The notes below the pieces were generated by a model, which saw only the letters and a program-made list of their open reading frames with translations, was not told the DNA's origin and ran no database searches. Below are positions 21,839 through 31,059 of a DNA stretch of 64,000 nt, piece after piece; position 1 is the first letter of the stretch, and each line of letters opens with the position of its first letter. The stretch covers positions 352,001-416,000 of the forward strand of contig CAWHAE010000010.1 of assembly GCA_963827235.1 (NCBI GenBank). The letters are read 5' to 3'. The position numbers and the translations under genes are program-made. Source of the stretch: an uncultured bacterium (GTDB taxonomy: Bacteria; Chloroflexota; UBA5177; JANWHV01).

Positions 21839-22975
21839 ATGATGACACACCGGGAACGAACGATGGCGGCCTTGAGCTATCGACCTTACGATCGATTGCC
21901 ACTGATCCATTTCGGCTTTTGGAAGGAGACGCTCCAGAAATGGCACGGCGAGGGACACCTCACGGCTGAAGAGGCAGCGGGCTGGGAGGACGGCAACCGG
22001 TTCGACCGGCTCATCTCCGCGAAGCTCGGCTTTGACTTCAACTGGATGAACTCGATTTTTCCCTGGTTCGATCGCTACGGGATCGGCCTGGTGCCGCCCT
22101 TTGAGCAGCGCCTGATCGAGGAACGGCCGGACGGCACGCGGCTGCTCCAGAACGTCGACGGCGTGGTCGTGATGAAGAAGGCAGGAGCAGTGTCCATTCC
22201 TGCCGAGGTGGATCACCTGCTCAAGGATAGAGCGAGCTGGGAGGCACAGTACCTGCCGCGGCTGCAGTATTCGCGGGAGCGGGTAGACGAACGGGCGCTG
22301 GAGAGGATGCGCGACGAGGCGAAGGAAGAAGACCTTCCGCTCGGCATATACTGCGGCAGCATGATCGGCCGCGTTCGGGAGTGGTGCGGCCTGGTCGGCC
22401 TGAGCTACATCGCCGCGGACGACGAAGGCCTGTTCTATGAGATGATCGACACCTATGCGGATCTGTGCTTCCAGGTGGCGGAGCAGGTACTGGCCACCGG
22501 CATACACTTCGACTTCGCGCACTTCTGGGAAGACATCTGCTTTAAGGGCGGCCCGCTGGTGAACCCGCGCATGTTCGATCGCAAGATCGGTCCGCACTAT
22601 GCGCGTATCGTGAACCTGCTGCACGAGCACGGCATCAGCATCGTGTCTCTGGACTGCGACGGCAAGATCGACCGGCTGCTGCCGACGTGGCTCAACGCCG
22701 GGGTGAACACGATGTGCCCTATCGAAGTCGGCACCTGGGGCGCCAGCATCGGGCCGTGGCGCGAACAGTACGGCACCCAGATCCGGGGAGTGGGCGGCCT
22801 AGCGAAGCACGTGTTTGCCCAGGATCGCGACGCGGTCGACGCCGAGATTCGGCGGTTGAAGCCGCTCATCGAGCTCGGCGGCTATGTTCCCTGCCCCGAC
22901 CACCGGCTGCCACCGGATGCGGAGTGGGAGAACGTGCGGTACTATTGCGTGCGCATGCGCGAGCAGTTTGGCTAG
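21839..22975 (+). CDS. Uroporphyrinogen decarboxylase (UroD/MtaA-fold) family protein
   Basis: MTHRER..AL N-terminus, WEDIC.K.GPL, DCDG, GGYVPCPDH. Confidence 0.85.
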   Translation: MMTHRERTMAALSYRPYDRLPLIHFGFWKETLQKWHGEGHLTAEEAAGWEDGNRFDRLISAKLGFDFNWMNSIFPWFDRYGIGLVPPFEQRLIEERPDGTRLLQNVDGVVVMKKAGAVSIPAEVDHLLKDRASWEAQYLPRLQYSRERVDERALERMRDEAKEEDLPLGIYCGSMIGRVREWCGLVGLSYIAADDEGLFYEMIDTYADLCFQVAEQVLATGIHFDFAHFWEDICFKGGPLVNPRMFDRKIGPHYARIVNLLHEHGISIVSLDCDGKIDRLLPTWLNAGVNTMCPIEVGTWGASIGPWREQYGTQIRGVGGLAKHVFAQDRDAVDAEIRRLKPLIELGGYVPCPDHRLPPDAEWENVRYYCVRMREQFG

Positions 22976-24750
22976 ATGCCGGTGCCGAGTCCCTGGCCGG
23001 CCAACAGCTGAGCTACCTCGCCGGCGGTGGCCAGCGAGCACGCCTTCGCGGCCAGGTCGCGCAACCGGTTGTAGTCCAGCGTTCTCAGGCGATCGCGAAC
23101 CGGGAGCAGACGAGCGGGTCCAACGCTCAGCTCGTCGACTCCGAGGCCGACCAGAAGGGGCATCTCCTGCAGGTTGCCTGCCGACTCGCCGCAAGCGCCG
23201 ACCGGGCACTGGGCCGCATGGGCCGCCTCTACCACCATGTGCACCAATCGAAGCACGGCTGGATGCTGGAAGCGACAGAGATCCGCCACGCGCGAATTGC
23301 CGCGGTCGCAGGCCAGCGTGTACTGCACCAGATCGTTGGTGCCGATGCTCAGGAAATCCGCCTCGCGCGCCAGTGCCCCGGCGATCAGCGCCGCTGCCGG
23401 CACTTCGATCATGGCGCCTATCTTCAAGGGTGCCGCGAGGATCGGATGCAGATCGGCGCACACGGCCTCGACTGCTCGGCGAGCCCGGATGAACTCGTCG
23501 AGCGTCGTGATCATGGGGAACATGAGACGCAGCTCGGTACCACACAGCGATGAAGCGCGAAGCAGGGCGCGAGCCTGCGCGGCAAACAGCGCCGGCTCGT
23601 CCAGCAGTATTCTGATGCCGCGCCAGCCCAGAAACGGGTTAGCTTCATGCCCGAAGTGCAGGAACGGGAGCGGCTTGTCGCCGCCGGCGTCCATCGCTCG
23701 TACGACGACTGGGCGAGTGCCGACTTCCCGCAGGACAGCGGCATACGCTTCGCTCAAGGCGTCTTCGCCGGGTGCCTCACCGTCTCCGGTACCCAGTGTC
23801 GCCAGCAGGAATTCGGTGCGCAGCACGCCCACGCCCTCTGCCCCGTTTGCCACGGCCAGCCTCGCCTCGGCGACGCTGCTGGCGTTGGCTGCCAGCTCCA
23901 CCCGATGTCCGTCCGACGTATGGTAGGGCGGTGGGGGCAGGTCCTCCGAGCGCGTCTGGCCCGCGGCGCCGGCCCGACCGCGTTCCAGGTGCGCGAGGCG
24001 TTCCGCGTCAGTGGGCTCGACGAGCACCAGGCCGGCGCTGCCGTCGACGAGCAGGTCGGTGCCGGTTTCGATCGCGCCAAGCGCGGCGGCTACTCCGACA
24101 ACGAGGGGAATACCAAGGCCGCGCACCAGGATTGCAGTGTGCGCGGTTGCGGTGCCCTCCGCCAGCACGATGCCCTGCACGTGCTCCCGCTGCAGGGCGG
24201 CGATGCTGCTCGGCGCCAAGTCCTTGGCGACGAGGACGTGGGGAGCGGTAGGAAAATGCGGCCTGCGGGCGCCGGCGGCACCGGCTAGAACGTGCAGAAC
24301 TCGCCGTTCGACGTCGCGCAGGTCGGCGGAGCGGGCGCACAGATAGGGATCAGGCAAGGCCTCGAGCTCAGAGGCCGCCGCCTCCAGCACGGACGTAACG
24401 CCGATCTCAGCCGTGCGGCCTTGCTCGGTGATTGCCTCGTACATGGGACCGAGCAGCGAGGGATCCTGCAAGAACAGGGCGTGTACCTCGAAGATCGCGG
24501 CCTCGTCGGCACCGACCTGCGCGCGCATGCGACTGGTGAGCTCCTCCAGATCGTGAATGGTACTCGCCAGCGCCACGTCCAGGCGGTGGCGCTCTGCTTC
24601 CCGCGCTTCGCCCGCCGGCACCAGCTCACGCCTGACCTCTCCCATGGTGGTCGCCGGGTCCGGATGGCCGAGCACGAACGCGACTCCGTATCCTATGCCG
24701 GGAGAGGCAGCGATGCCGGTCAGTCGCCGCGTCCTGTTCATCTCCGTCAC
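22972..24750 (-). CDS. ptsI: PEP-protein phosphotransferase (PTS enzyme I)
   Basis: TAHTAIL phospho-His motif, GVGVLRTE, DAGGDK, NPFLGWRGIR, SIGTNDL.QY, CGE. Confidence 0.95.
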   Translation of the reverse strand: MTEMNRTRRLTGIAASPGIGYGVAFVLGHPDPATTMGEVRRELVPAGEAREAERHRLDVALASTIHDLEELTSRMRAQVGADEAAIFEVHALFLQDPSLLGPMYEAITEQGRTAEIGVTSVLEAAASELEALPDPYLCARSADLRDVERRVLHVLAGAAGARRPHFPTAPHVLVAKDLAPSSIAALQREHVQGIVLAEGTATAHTAILVRGLGIPLVVGVAAALGAIETGTDLLVDGSAGLVLVEPTDAERLAHLERGRAGAAGQTRSEDLPPPPYHTSDGHRVELAANASSVAEARLAVANGAEGVGVLRTEFLLATLGTGDGEAPGEDALSEAYAAVLREVGTRPVVVRAMDAGGDKPLPFLHFGHEANPFLGWRGIRILLDEPALFAAQARALLRASSLCGTELRLMFPMITTLDEFIRARRAVEAVCADLHPILAAPLKIGAMIEVPAAALIAGALAREADFLSIGTNDLVQYTLACDRGNSRVADLCRFQHPAVLRLVHMVVEAAHAAQCPVGACGESAGNLQEMPLLVGLGVDELSVGPARLLPVRDRLRTLDYNRLRDLAAKACSLATAGEVAQLLAGQGLGTGI

Positions 24751-24755
24751 CCTGC

Positions 24756-25403
24756 CTAGTCGCGGAGGCTCTCCGCCAACGTCTGGAACAGGTACATCGT
24801 GCTGGTGGCACCTGGATCCTGGTGGCCGGCGCTCCTCTCGGCCAGGTAGCTAGCGCGGCCCTTGGTAGCTATCAGTGGTATGGTAGCGCCGGCACCGTAC
24901 TCGGCGGCGCCGGCGCTCGTTGCCGCAATCTCACCGAGCGGCTGCCCCCGCCGCAACGCCGATTGAAAGGCATCTACCGCCGGCCAAAAGGCGTCGAGCA
25001 TCGTCTTCTCGCCTCGACCGCTCCTGCCACGCGCCGCAACTCCCTCGCAGGCCAGGTCGAGTGCGGCGCCGAGCTCGGCGGCGCTCGCCGAGCTCTTCCC
25101 GGCCAGCGCGCCGCCCATGCGCAGGAAGGCGGTGCCGTAGAGAGGTCCGCTGGCCCCCCCGACGCTGGAAATCAGGGTAGTGCCGATCAGCCTGAACAGG
25201 GTGCCCAGATCTTCGGCTTCCGTGGCCTCGAGCTTCTGCACCACGGCGGTGAACCCGCGGTCCATGTTGATGCCGTGGTCGGCATCGCCGATCGCGGAAT
25301 CGAGATCGGTCAAGTACTCCTTGTTCTGCCGCAGGCGTTCGGCGAACCGGCGCATCCAGGCCGTCGCCCGGCTCACGCTCATGCAGTTGGAGCCTGGCGT
25401 CAT
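24756..25403 (-). CDS. dhaL: Dihydroxyacetone kinase ADP-binding subunit
   Basis: LDSAIGDADHGINM.RGF, GGASGPLYG, GEKTMLD, KGRASYL, DPGATS. Confidence 0.95.
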   Translation of the reverse strand: MTPGSNCMSVSRATAWMRRFAERLRQNKEYLTDLDSAIGDADHGINMDRGFTAVVQKLEATEAEDLGTLFRLIGTTLISSVGGASGPLYGTAFLRMGGALAGKSSASAAELGAALDLACEGVAARGRSGRGEKTMLDAFWPAVDAFQSALRRGQPLGEIAATSAGAAEYGAGATIPLIATKGRASYLAERSAGHQDPGATSTMYLFQTLAESLRD

Positions 25404-25407
25404 CTGA

Positions 25408-25713
25408 TCACTTCTCGCCAAAGCCGCTCTCCAGGAGCGCCCTCACGGCATCGAGGGCCGCTTCGGCGTCCTCGCCCTCGACGTGTATGCGCAGAGTATC
25501 CCCTTGCCGCGCGGCCAGGCGGAGCAGATCCATCAGGCTGCGGGTGCTGGCCGCACCGTTTGGCGTGTGCAGAGTGACGGCGGATCGGAAGCGGGCGCAC
25601 TCCTTGACCAGTGCAGCAGCCGAGCGGGCATGGAGGCCCGCCTTATTCGGCACCACGACTACCGCCTCAAGAGCGTTGGCTCCGTCGCCTGCACTGCTAT
25701 TCTGTCGTTCCAT
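25408..25713 (-). CDS. ptsH: HPr family phosphocarrier
   Basis: GLHARSAA (His15 motif, P to S) and RSLM (Ser46 equivalent). Confidence 0.88.
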   Translation of the reverse strand: MERQNSSAGDGANALEAVVVVPNKAGLHARSAAALVKECARFRSAVTLHTPNGAASTRSLMDLLRLAARQGDTLRIHVEGEDAEAALDAVRALLESGFGEK

Positions 25714-25769
25714 TGCCGTCGTGTGGTTCCTCCAGTGGCGCGCGTCCGTGGAGGGGCGCGTACTAGCAA

Positions 25770-26186
25770 TCAGGTCGACTGGGTCGACGCCGGCGGTAGG
25801 TTCTTGGGAAATCGCCTGGCCTCGTCCGCCGACGCGGCGATCTGGGCCAGTGTGAGTCCCATGCCCGCGTTCACGGCAGCCAGGACCGCACCCTCGACCA
25901 GCGGGGCGTCACTCACCACCACGCGCCGGCGCTGGTCCGGCGTGAGCCGCTCCACGGCAACCTCGGTGCTCATTACCGCGCTGCCCAGGTCGACGAAGAC
26001 CAGGGTGCCGTCGGGATTGTCCAGCTCAAGCAGTGCCCGATTAATCTTCTCTACGCTCGTGCCCAGCCCTCCTTCCGGAGCGCCTCCGGCAGCGCGCACC
26101 GGCACGCTGGGCTGCATTTGGGCGAGCAGCTCGGCGAGCCCGGCTGCAAGGCGGCTGCTGTGCGACACAATGACAATCCCTATCAC
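25770..26186 (-). CDS. dhaM: Dihydroxyacetone kinase phosphotransferase subunit (stand-alone EIIA-like)
   Basis: GIVIVSHS, LGTS, DLGSAVM, DAPLVEG. Confidence 0.93.
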   Translation of the reverse strand: MIGIVIVSHSSRLAAGLAELLAQMQPSVPVRAAGGAPEGGLGTSVEKINRALLELDNPDGTLVFVDLGSAVMSTEVAVERLTPDQRRRVVVSDAPLVEGAVLAAVNAGMGLTLAQIAASADEARRFPKNLPPASTQST

Positions 26187-26231
26187 GGCTTACGCTCCTC
26201 AATCATGCCCGACCACCCTTCAGATTCCGAG

Positions 26232-27245
26232 CTATCGTATCGGACCATGCTCCCAGGACAGGGCGGAGGTTCGCACCGGCGCATCCCACAGGCGGATGAG
26301 CTCGTCGTCGAGCTTCAGCAAGGTGAAGGAGCAACCGGCCATGTCCAGCGAGGTGATGTAGTTGCCCACCAGGCAACGCACGATCGAGATCTCACGCTCT
26401 TCCAGGAGCTGGTCGAGCAGGCCGAACATCAGGTACAGCTCGATCAACGGGGTACCGCCCATGCCGTTCACGAGAGCCAACACCCGATCGCCGGTCCGGA
26501 AAGGCAGATCTTCCAGAATCGGCACGGCTAGAAGTCCGGTGATCTCTCTCGCGCTCTTGAGCGACTCGCGACGGCGGCCCGGCTCTCCGTGGATGCCGAT
26601 GCCCACCTCCATCTCGTCGTCGGCCAGCGCGAAGGTAGGTTTGCCGGCTGCAGGTACCGTGCAGCTGGTCAGGGCCATGCCCATGCTCCGACCCTGAGCG
26701 ACGACTTTTCGCGCCACGACGGCGACCTCATCGAGGGCGGCGCCTTCCGCGGCGCGGGCACCGGCGATCTTTTCCACAAGCACTGTCACGCCGACACCGC
26801 GACGACCCGCGGTGTAAAGGCTATCTTTGACTGCCACGTCGTCGTTGGTGATCACGGTCTCCACGGGGATGTCCTCGGCGGCGGCGAGCTCCGCGGCCAT
26901 CTCGAAGTTCATCACGTCGCCGGAGTAGTTCTTGACGATGTGCAGGACGCCCGCGCCGGCGTTCACGGCCCGGCTCGCGGCGAGCACCTGATCCGGCACC
27001 GGTGAGGTGAAGATAGCGCCGGCACAGGCAGCGTCGAGCATGCCGGGCCCAACGAAGCCACCGTGGAGGGGCTCGTGGCCGCTGCCGCCGCCGGAGATAA
27101 TGCCCACCTTGCCTGAGACAGGAGCGTCGCGGCGGACAACCAGGTGGTTCTGGAAGTCGATGCGCAGGAGCTCGGGATGGGCCGCCGCCATCCCCTGCAG
27201 CGCCTCGTCTACCACAGCGCCGGCAGCGTTGATCAGCTTCTTCAT
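26232..27245 (-). CDS. dhaK: Dihydroxyacetone kinase substrate-binding subunit
   Basis: [35 protein letters not shown]. Confidence 0.97.
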   Translation of the reverse strand: MKKLINAAGAVVDEALQGMAAAHPELLRIDFQNHLVVRRDAPVSGKVGIISGGGSGHEPLHGGFVGPGMLDAACAGAIFTSPVPDQVLAASRAVNAGAGVLHIVKNYSGDVMNFEMAAELAAAEDIPVETVITNDDVAVKDSLYTAGRRGVGVTVLVEKIAGARAAEGAALDEVAVVARKVVAQGRSMGMALTSCTVPAAGKPTFALADDEMEVGIGIHGEPGRRRESLKSAREITGLLAVPILEDLPFRTGDRVLALVNGMGGTPLIELYLMFGLLDQLLEEREISIVRCLVGNYITSLDMAGCSFTLLKLDDELIRLWDAPVRTSALSWEHGPIR

Positions 27246-27491
27246 CGTAGGGGTCTCCTCATGGTGCACATCTACTGTACCGCTCCGCCGCCGTCGCTCG
27301 CCATCCCGGGCAGGACGCTTCGAGCAGGTGCGATCGTAGCGTGCGACCGGGGCCCATGGCGGCACGCCGGCACCGAGGTGTCGGTATCATTCCTCCTGAG
27401 TTGCCCGGCGTGTCTCCCATCGTCGAAAGCCGCCGGACCGGCGCGGCACTGAGCCCGGTTCCACGGCATCGGCGATAGAGGATGCTAGCTG

Positions 27492-29024
27492 CTAGTTGTG
27501 CGCGCCGGCATCCCCAGGCTGCGCGGTTCCAGACGGCGCCTGAACGCGGCGCAGCGCCAGGCCAAGCACGGCGGCTGCCAGGGTGAAGGCGACCACGACG
27601 TGGAATGTGTCGTCGAATGCCGCGGCCGCTGCCGCGCTCAGTAACCGCTGCACGTACACGGGGTCCTGCGCCTGGCTCGCGTGTGCGGCGAGCACCTGCT
27701 TGGCGGCGTCGACGTGCATGGTGGAGCGCGAGGAAATCAGGGTGGACAATAGCGCTACCACCAGCGACGCCACAACCAGCTCCGAAGCAGTGGTCAGAGC
27801 GCTGACACTGTCGGCGAGAGCGCGAGGTGCCGTGTTGAACGTCTGCGTCATCAGTGGCATGACCAGAAGGCCGGCGCCGGCGCCAAAGAAGGCCAACGGG
27901 CCGATAAGGTCCCAGCCCTGGGTCGTGTTGCTGATTGTTGCCAGCCAGAGGCACCCGATCGTCATGACGGCGCCGCCCGCTACTACCAGTGGCCGAGCTC
28001 CGAGGCGGTTGAACAAGAGGCCACCCAGGGGCAGAAACACCGAGGCAGCTACGACCTGGGGCAGGAGCGAAAGCCCGGTATCGAGTGCGCCGTATCCTCG
28101 TACCTGCTGCAGGAACAGCGGTACCGCGAACAGGCCGCTGAAAACGGTGGCGTATCCAGCCCATTGGGCGACCATGGCCACGTCGAACTCCGGTGCGCCG
28201 AAGACGCGCAGCTCGACCAACGGGTTTTCCGTATGCAGCTCGGCGAAGATGAAGGAGACCAGCGCGATGGTCCCAGCCGCGAGGCCGCCGATCGTGTTGG
28301 CTGAGGACCAGCTCGTGGCGCCCTCTGATATACCGTACACCAGGCAAGCGAAGGCCATGGGTGCCAGTATCATGCCGGGCAGGTCGAATGCCGTTTGCGC
28401 CCGTCGAGCCACGGCCGGCATCGTGAGCAGACCCAGCAGCACGGCAATGACGCCGATCGGCACGTTGACCAGGAAGATCCAGCGCCAGCTCACGTCCTGC
28501 ACGAGCCAGCCGCCGAGGACCGGCCCCAGTGCGGGTGCGACCAGGACGGGCATACCCAGTATGGCGGCCACGATGCCTATCTTCTCGGGCGGCGCCAGCC
28601 GGTAAACGTAGGCCAGACCGATTGGAAAGACCATGCCGCCGCCTATGCCCTGCATCACTCGAAAGGCGATGAGCATGCCGCTACCCTGCGCGGCGGCGCA
28701 CAGCCCCGAGAAGAGGGTGAAGACGGTAATGGCGACGAGGAGCGTCGGCCTGGGACCGAAGCGCTCGGCTAGCCAACCGGCCAGCGGGACGGCCGTAGCC
28801 ATGGCCAGTGTGTAGCCGGTGATCACCCACTGGACGGTTGAAAGCGGATCGTGAAACTGCGCAACCAGCGTGGGTATGGCGACGTTCGTGGCCGTGGAGT
28901 CCAGCACCACCATGAACACGCCGACCACGATGGCCACGAGCGGTGCCAGCATGCCGCGCAGAGTGAGTGCAGGCGACTCTTCCTTCACAGGCGCCGGGAT
29001 AGCGTGGATTGCTTGCGAGGTCAT
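27492..29024 (-). CDS. DHA2 (EmrB/QacA-like) MFS efflux transporter
   Basis: LDSTATNVAIP, GWLAERFG, GPVLGG..SWRWIFLVNVPIG; about 14 TMs. Confidence 0.93.
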   Translation of the reverse strand: MTSQAIHAIPAPVKEESPALTLRGMLAPLVAIVVGVFMVVLDSTATNVAIPTLVAQFHDPLSTVQWVITGYTLAMATAVPLAGWLAERFGPRPTLLVAITVFTLFSGLCAAAQGSGMLIAFRVMQGIGGGMVFPIGLAYVYRLAPPEKIGIVAAILGMPVLVAPALGPVLGGWLVQDVSWRWIFLVNVPIGVIAVLLGLLTMPAVARRAQTAFDLPGMILAPMAFACLVYGISEGATSWSSANTIGGLAAGTIALVSFIFAELHTENPLVELRVFGAPEFDVAMVAQWAGYATVFSGLFAVPLFLQQVRGYGALDTGLSLLPQVVAASVFLPLGGLLFNRLGARPLVVAGGAVMTIGCLWLATISNTTQGWDLIGPLAFFGAGAGLLVMPLMTQTFNTAPRALADSVSALTTASELVVASLVVALLSTLISSRSTMHVDAAKQVLAAHASQAQDPVYVQRLLSAAAAAAFDDTFHVVVAFTLAAAVLGLALRRVQAPSGTAQPGDAGAHN

Positions 29025-29269
29025 CCCAGATGTCCTTTCCGAACTGGAATGTGAGCTTGGCACGGGCGAGCAGACGCCGGTGTGACGACGCCGGCTGCCG
29101 TGGCCGTGGGCGTTCGTCTCGGGTGGAAGTGGTGGAGAGCGAGTCAGTGTCTACTCATGCACACACTCCTTCGGGACGGATACCGTCGGGCCGGCCCGCT
29201 CGAGCACTGGCTCGGGCGATGGAAATGTGAGCCGCAGGACGACCTGTGCGCATTCTCACGACCGATCGG

Positions 29270-29370
29270 TTGATATACTTATGCTATGTATCGGAACTTG
29301 CTTACTGTTACGAGACTTCCAGCTATATATGAGATAGTTACTATCATAACGATAGAGTCTATATCATGTT
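29270..29370. promoter_or_regulatory. AT-rich divergent promoter region with candidate TetR operators
   Basis: Palindrome GATAGT-T-ACTATC near 29333-29345 and further GATA..TATC elements between divergent MFS and TetR genes. Confidence 0.55.
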
Positions 29371-29448
29371 CTGTATGCTGTCAAGCGGGCCGCGTGCCCG
29401 GTTCGCGCCGGAAGCGGCTTCACTGCCACGGCGGAAGAAGGAGGACCA

Positions 29449-30036
29449 ATGGAACCCATGGTTCGCGAGCGGCCGGATCGACGGGTGCGTCGTACGCAGA
29501 TGGCGCTTGCCAAAGCACTGATCGCGCTCACCCTCGAGCGCGGCTACGACGCGATCAGTGTTCGCGACATCACCGAGCGCGCGGACGTGGGCTACGCTAC
29601 GTTCTTCCGCCACTTCTCGGACAAGGACGCCCTGCTCGCCGACGTGCTGCAGGTGGTGCTGGAAGAGCTTCCGGCCGAGCTGACGCGATCGGCATTCATG
29701 CCTGACGCAGCGGGTGCCATATTCGTATTCGAATACGTTCGGCAGCACAGCGAGATCGTGGGTGTGCTCTTGCGCACCCCCGCGGTGCGGCAGAACGTGC
29801 TCGACATGTGTCTGACCATCGCGCGGGCTAAACAGGATCTGAACGCAGACGGGATCGTGCCTGCCGAGGTCGCGGCATACTACACGGTCTCGGCAGCGCT
29901 CGTGCTCATCGATTGGTGGCTCGCACAGGGCATGCCCTACACACCGGAGCGGATGGGCGAGATCGCCTACGAGCTGCTTATCCGTCCCCGCCAGGCAGCG
30001 GCGTTGGAGGCGGAAGCCGGGCCTCTGCCGTGTTGA
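29449..30036 (+). CDS. TetR/AcrR family transcriptional regulator
   Basis: DRRVRRT, ISVRDITERADVGYATFFRHFSDK HTH. Confidence 0.95.
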   Translation: MEPMVRERPDRRVRRTQMALAKALIALTLERGYDAISVRDITERADVGYATFFRHFSDKDALLADVLQVVLEELPAELTRSAFMPDAAGAIFVFEYVRQHSEIVGVLLRTPAVRQNVLDMCLTIARAKQDLNADGIVPAEVAAYYTVSAALVLIDWWLAQGMPYTPERMGEIAYELLIRPRQAAALEAEAGPLPC

Positions 30037-30103
30037 CCGGCAACCCGGTTCGTGCGCGAGTCAACGGTCGCCTTTCGGCATCCGGCCTATGCGCGCGCCA
30101 GCC

Positions 30104-30132
30104 TTGACAGCGGGCACTTTCCGATATAGTAT
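30104..30132 (+). promoter_or_regulatory. Sigma70-type promoter of plsY
   Basis: TTGACA-N17-TAGTAT. Confidence 0.65.
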
Positions 30133-30237
30133 CGCTCGTATAGTTCCAGGTGGGTCATATGGAATGACGTGACTACCACATGCGCAATGCCGGTCGCCGA
30201 GACCGCGCGGCAGGAACCACGCACTGGAGAACGTGAA

Positions 30238-30861
30238 GTGGAAATCGGTCGGTACGTGTTGGCGATCCTGGCCGGATATGTCCTTGGCTCGATTCCAAGT
30301 GGTCTCCTGATCGGCCGGTTGTGGCGAGGCGTCGACATTCGCGACTTCGGCAGCGGCAAGACCGGCGCCACGAACGTGCTGCGTACGCTGGGCGCCTTTC
30401 CCGCCGCGCTCGTAGCCGGCATGGACGTCGGCAAGGGGCTGGCAGCGTTGCTGGTCGCCCACATGCTCACTCAAAGCGTGGCCGCTGCCAGCCTATCGGG
30501 CCTTGCCGCCGCACTTGGACACAATTGGCCCGTCTTTGCGAGCTTTCGCGGAGGGCGTGGCGTACTCGTTTCCTTCGCCATCTGCTGGGTGCTCTGCTGG
30601 CCGGCCGCTCTGATTGGCACGTGCATCGGCGTCCTGATTATCGCCACGAGCCGCATCGTATCGCTGGGCGTACTGATCGGCGTCGCCCTGGCGGCAGCGT
30701 CGGCGATACCGGCTGTTGCCGTGCAGCACGCATCACCCTGGGTGCTGGTGTACGCCCTGGTGAGCGCTGCGCTGATCGTCGTGCGTCACTGGGACAACAT
30801 CGAGCGCCTGCGCGCCGGTACCGAGCGCAAGCTGGGGCAACCGGCCCGTCCTGTCGCGTAG
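30238..30861 (+). CDS. plsY: Glycerol-3-phosphate acyltransferase PlsY
   Basis: [49 protein letters not shown]. Confidence 0.95.
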   Translation: MEIGRYVLAILAGYVLGSIPSGLLIGRLWRGVDIRDFGSGKTGATNVLRTLGAFPAALVAGMDVGKGLAALLVAHMLTQSVAAASLSGLAAALGHNWPVFASFRGGRGVLVSFAICWVLCWPAALIGTCIGVLIIATSRIVSLGVLIGVALAAASAIPAVAVQHASPWVLVYALVSAALIVVRHWDNIERLRAGTERKLGQPARPVA

Positions 30862-31059
30862 GAGCTGCGTCGCGGATCGCGGCTACTCGATCGCATCGAG
30901 GGCGACATTGGACGATGCGACCCAACTCCCGGTGCTATACCGAAGCCACGGTCAAACCCGCAGGCTCTGCTCGAGCGCGCCGGTGGACTCACGGAGGCGG
31001 GCAGGAAGCCAGTGGTCCCGGGCTGGGGTCACATCCGCGGATCCCGGCGTGGCTTGCCT

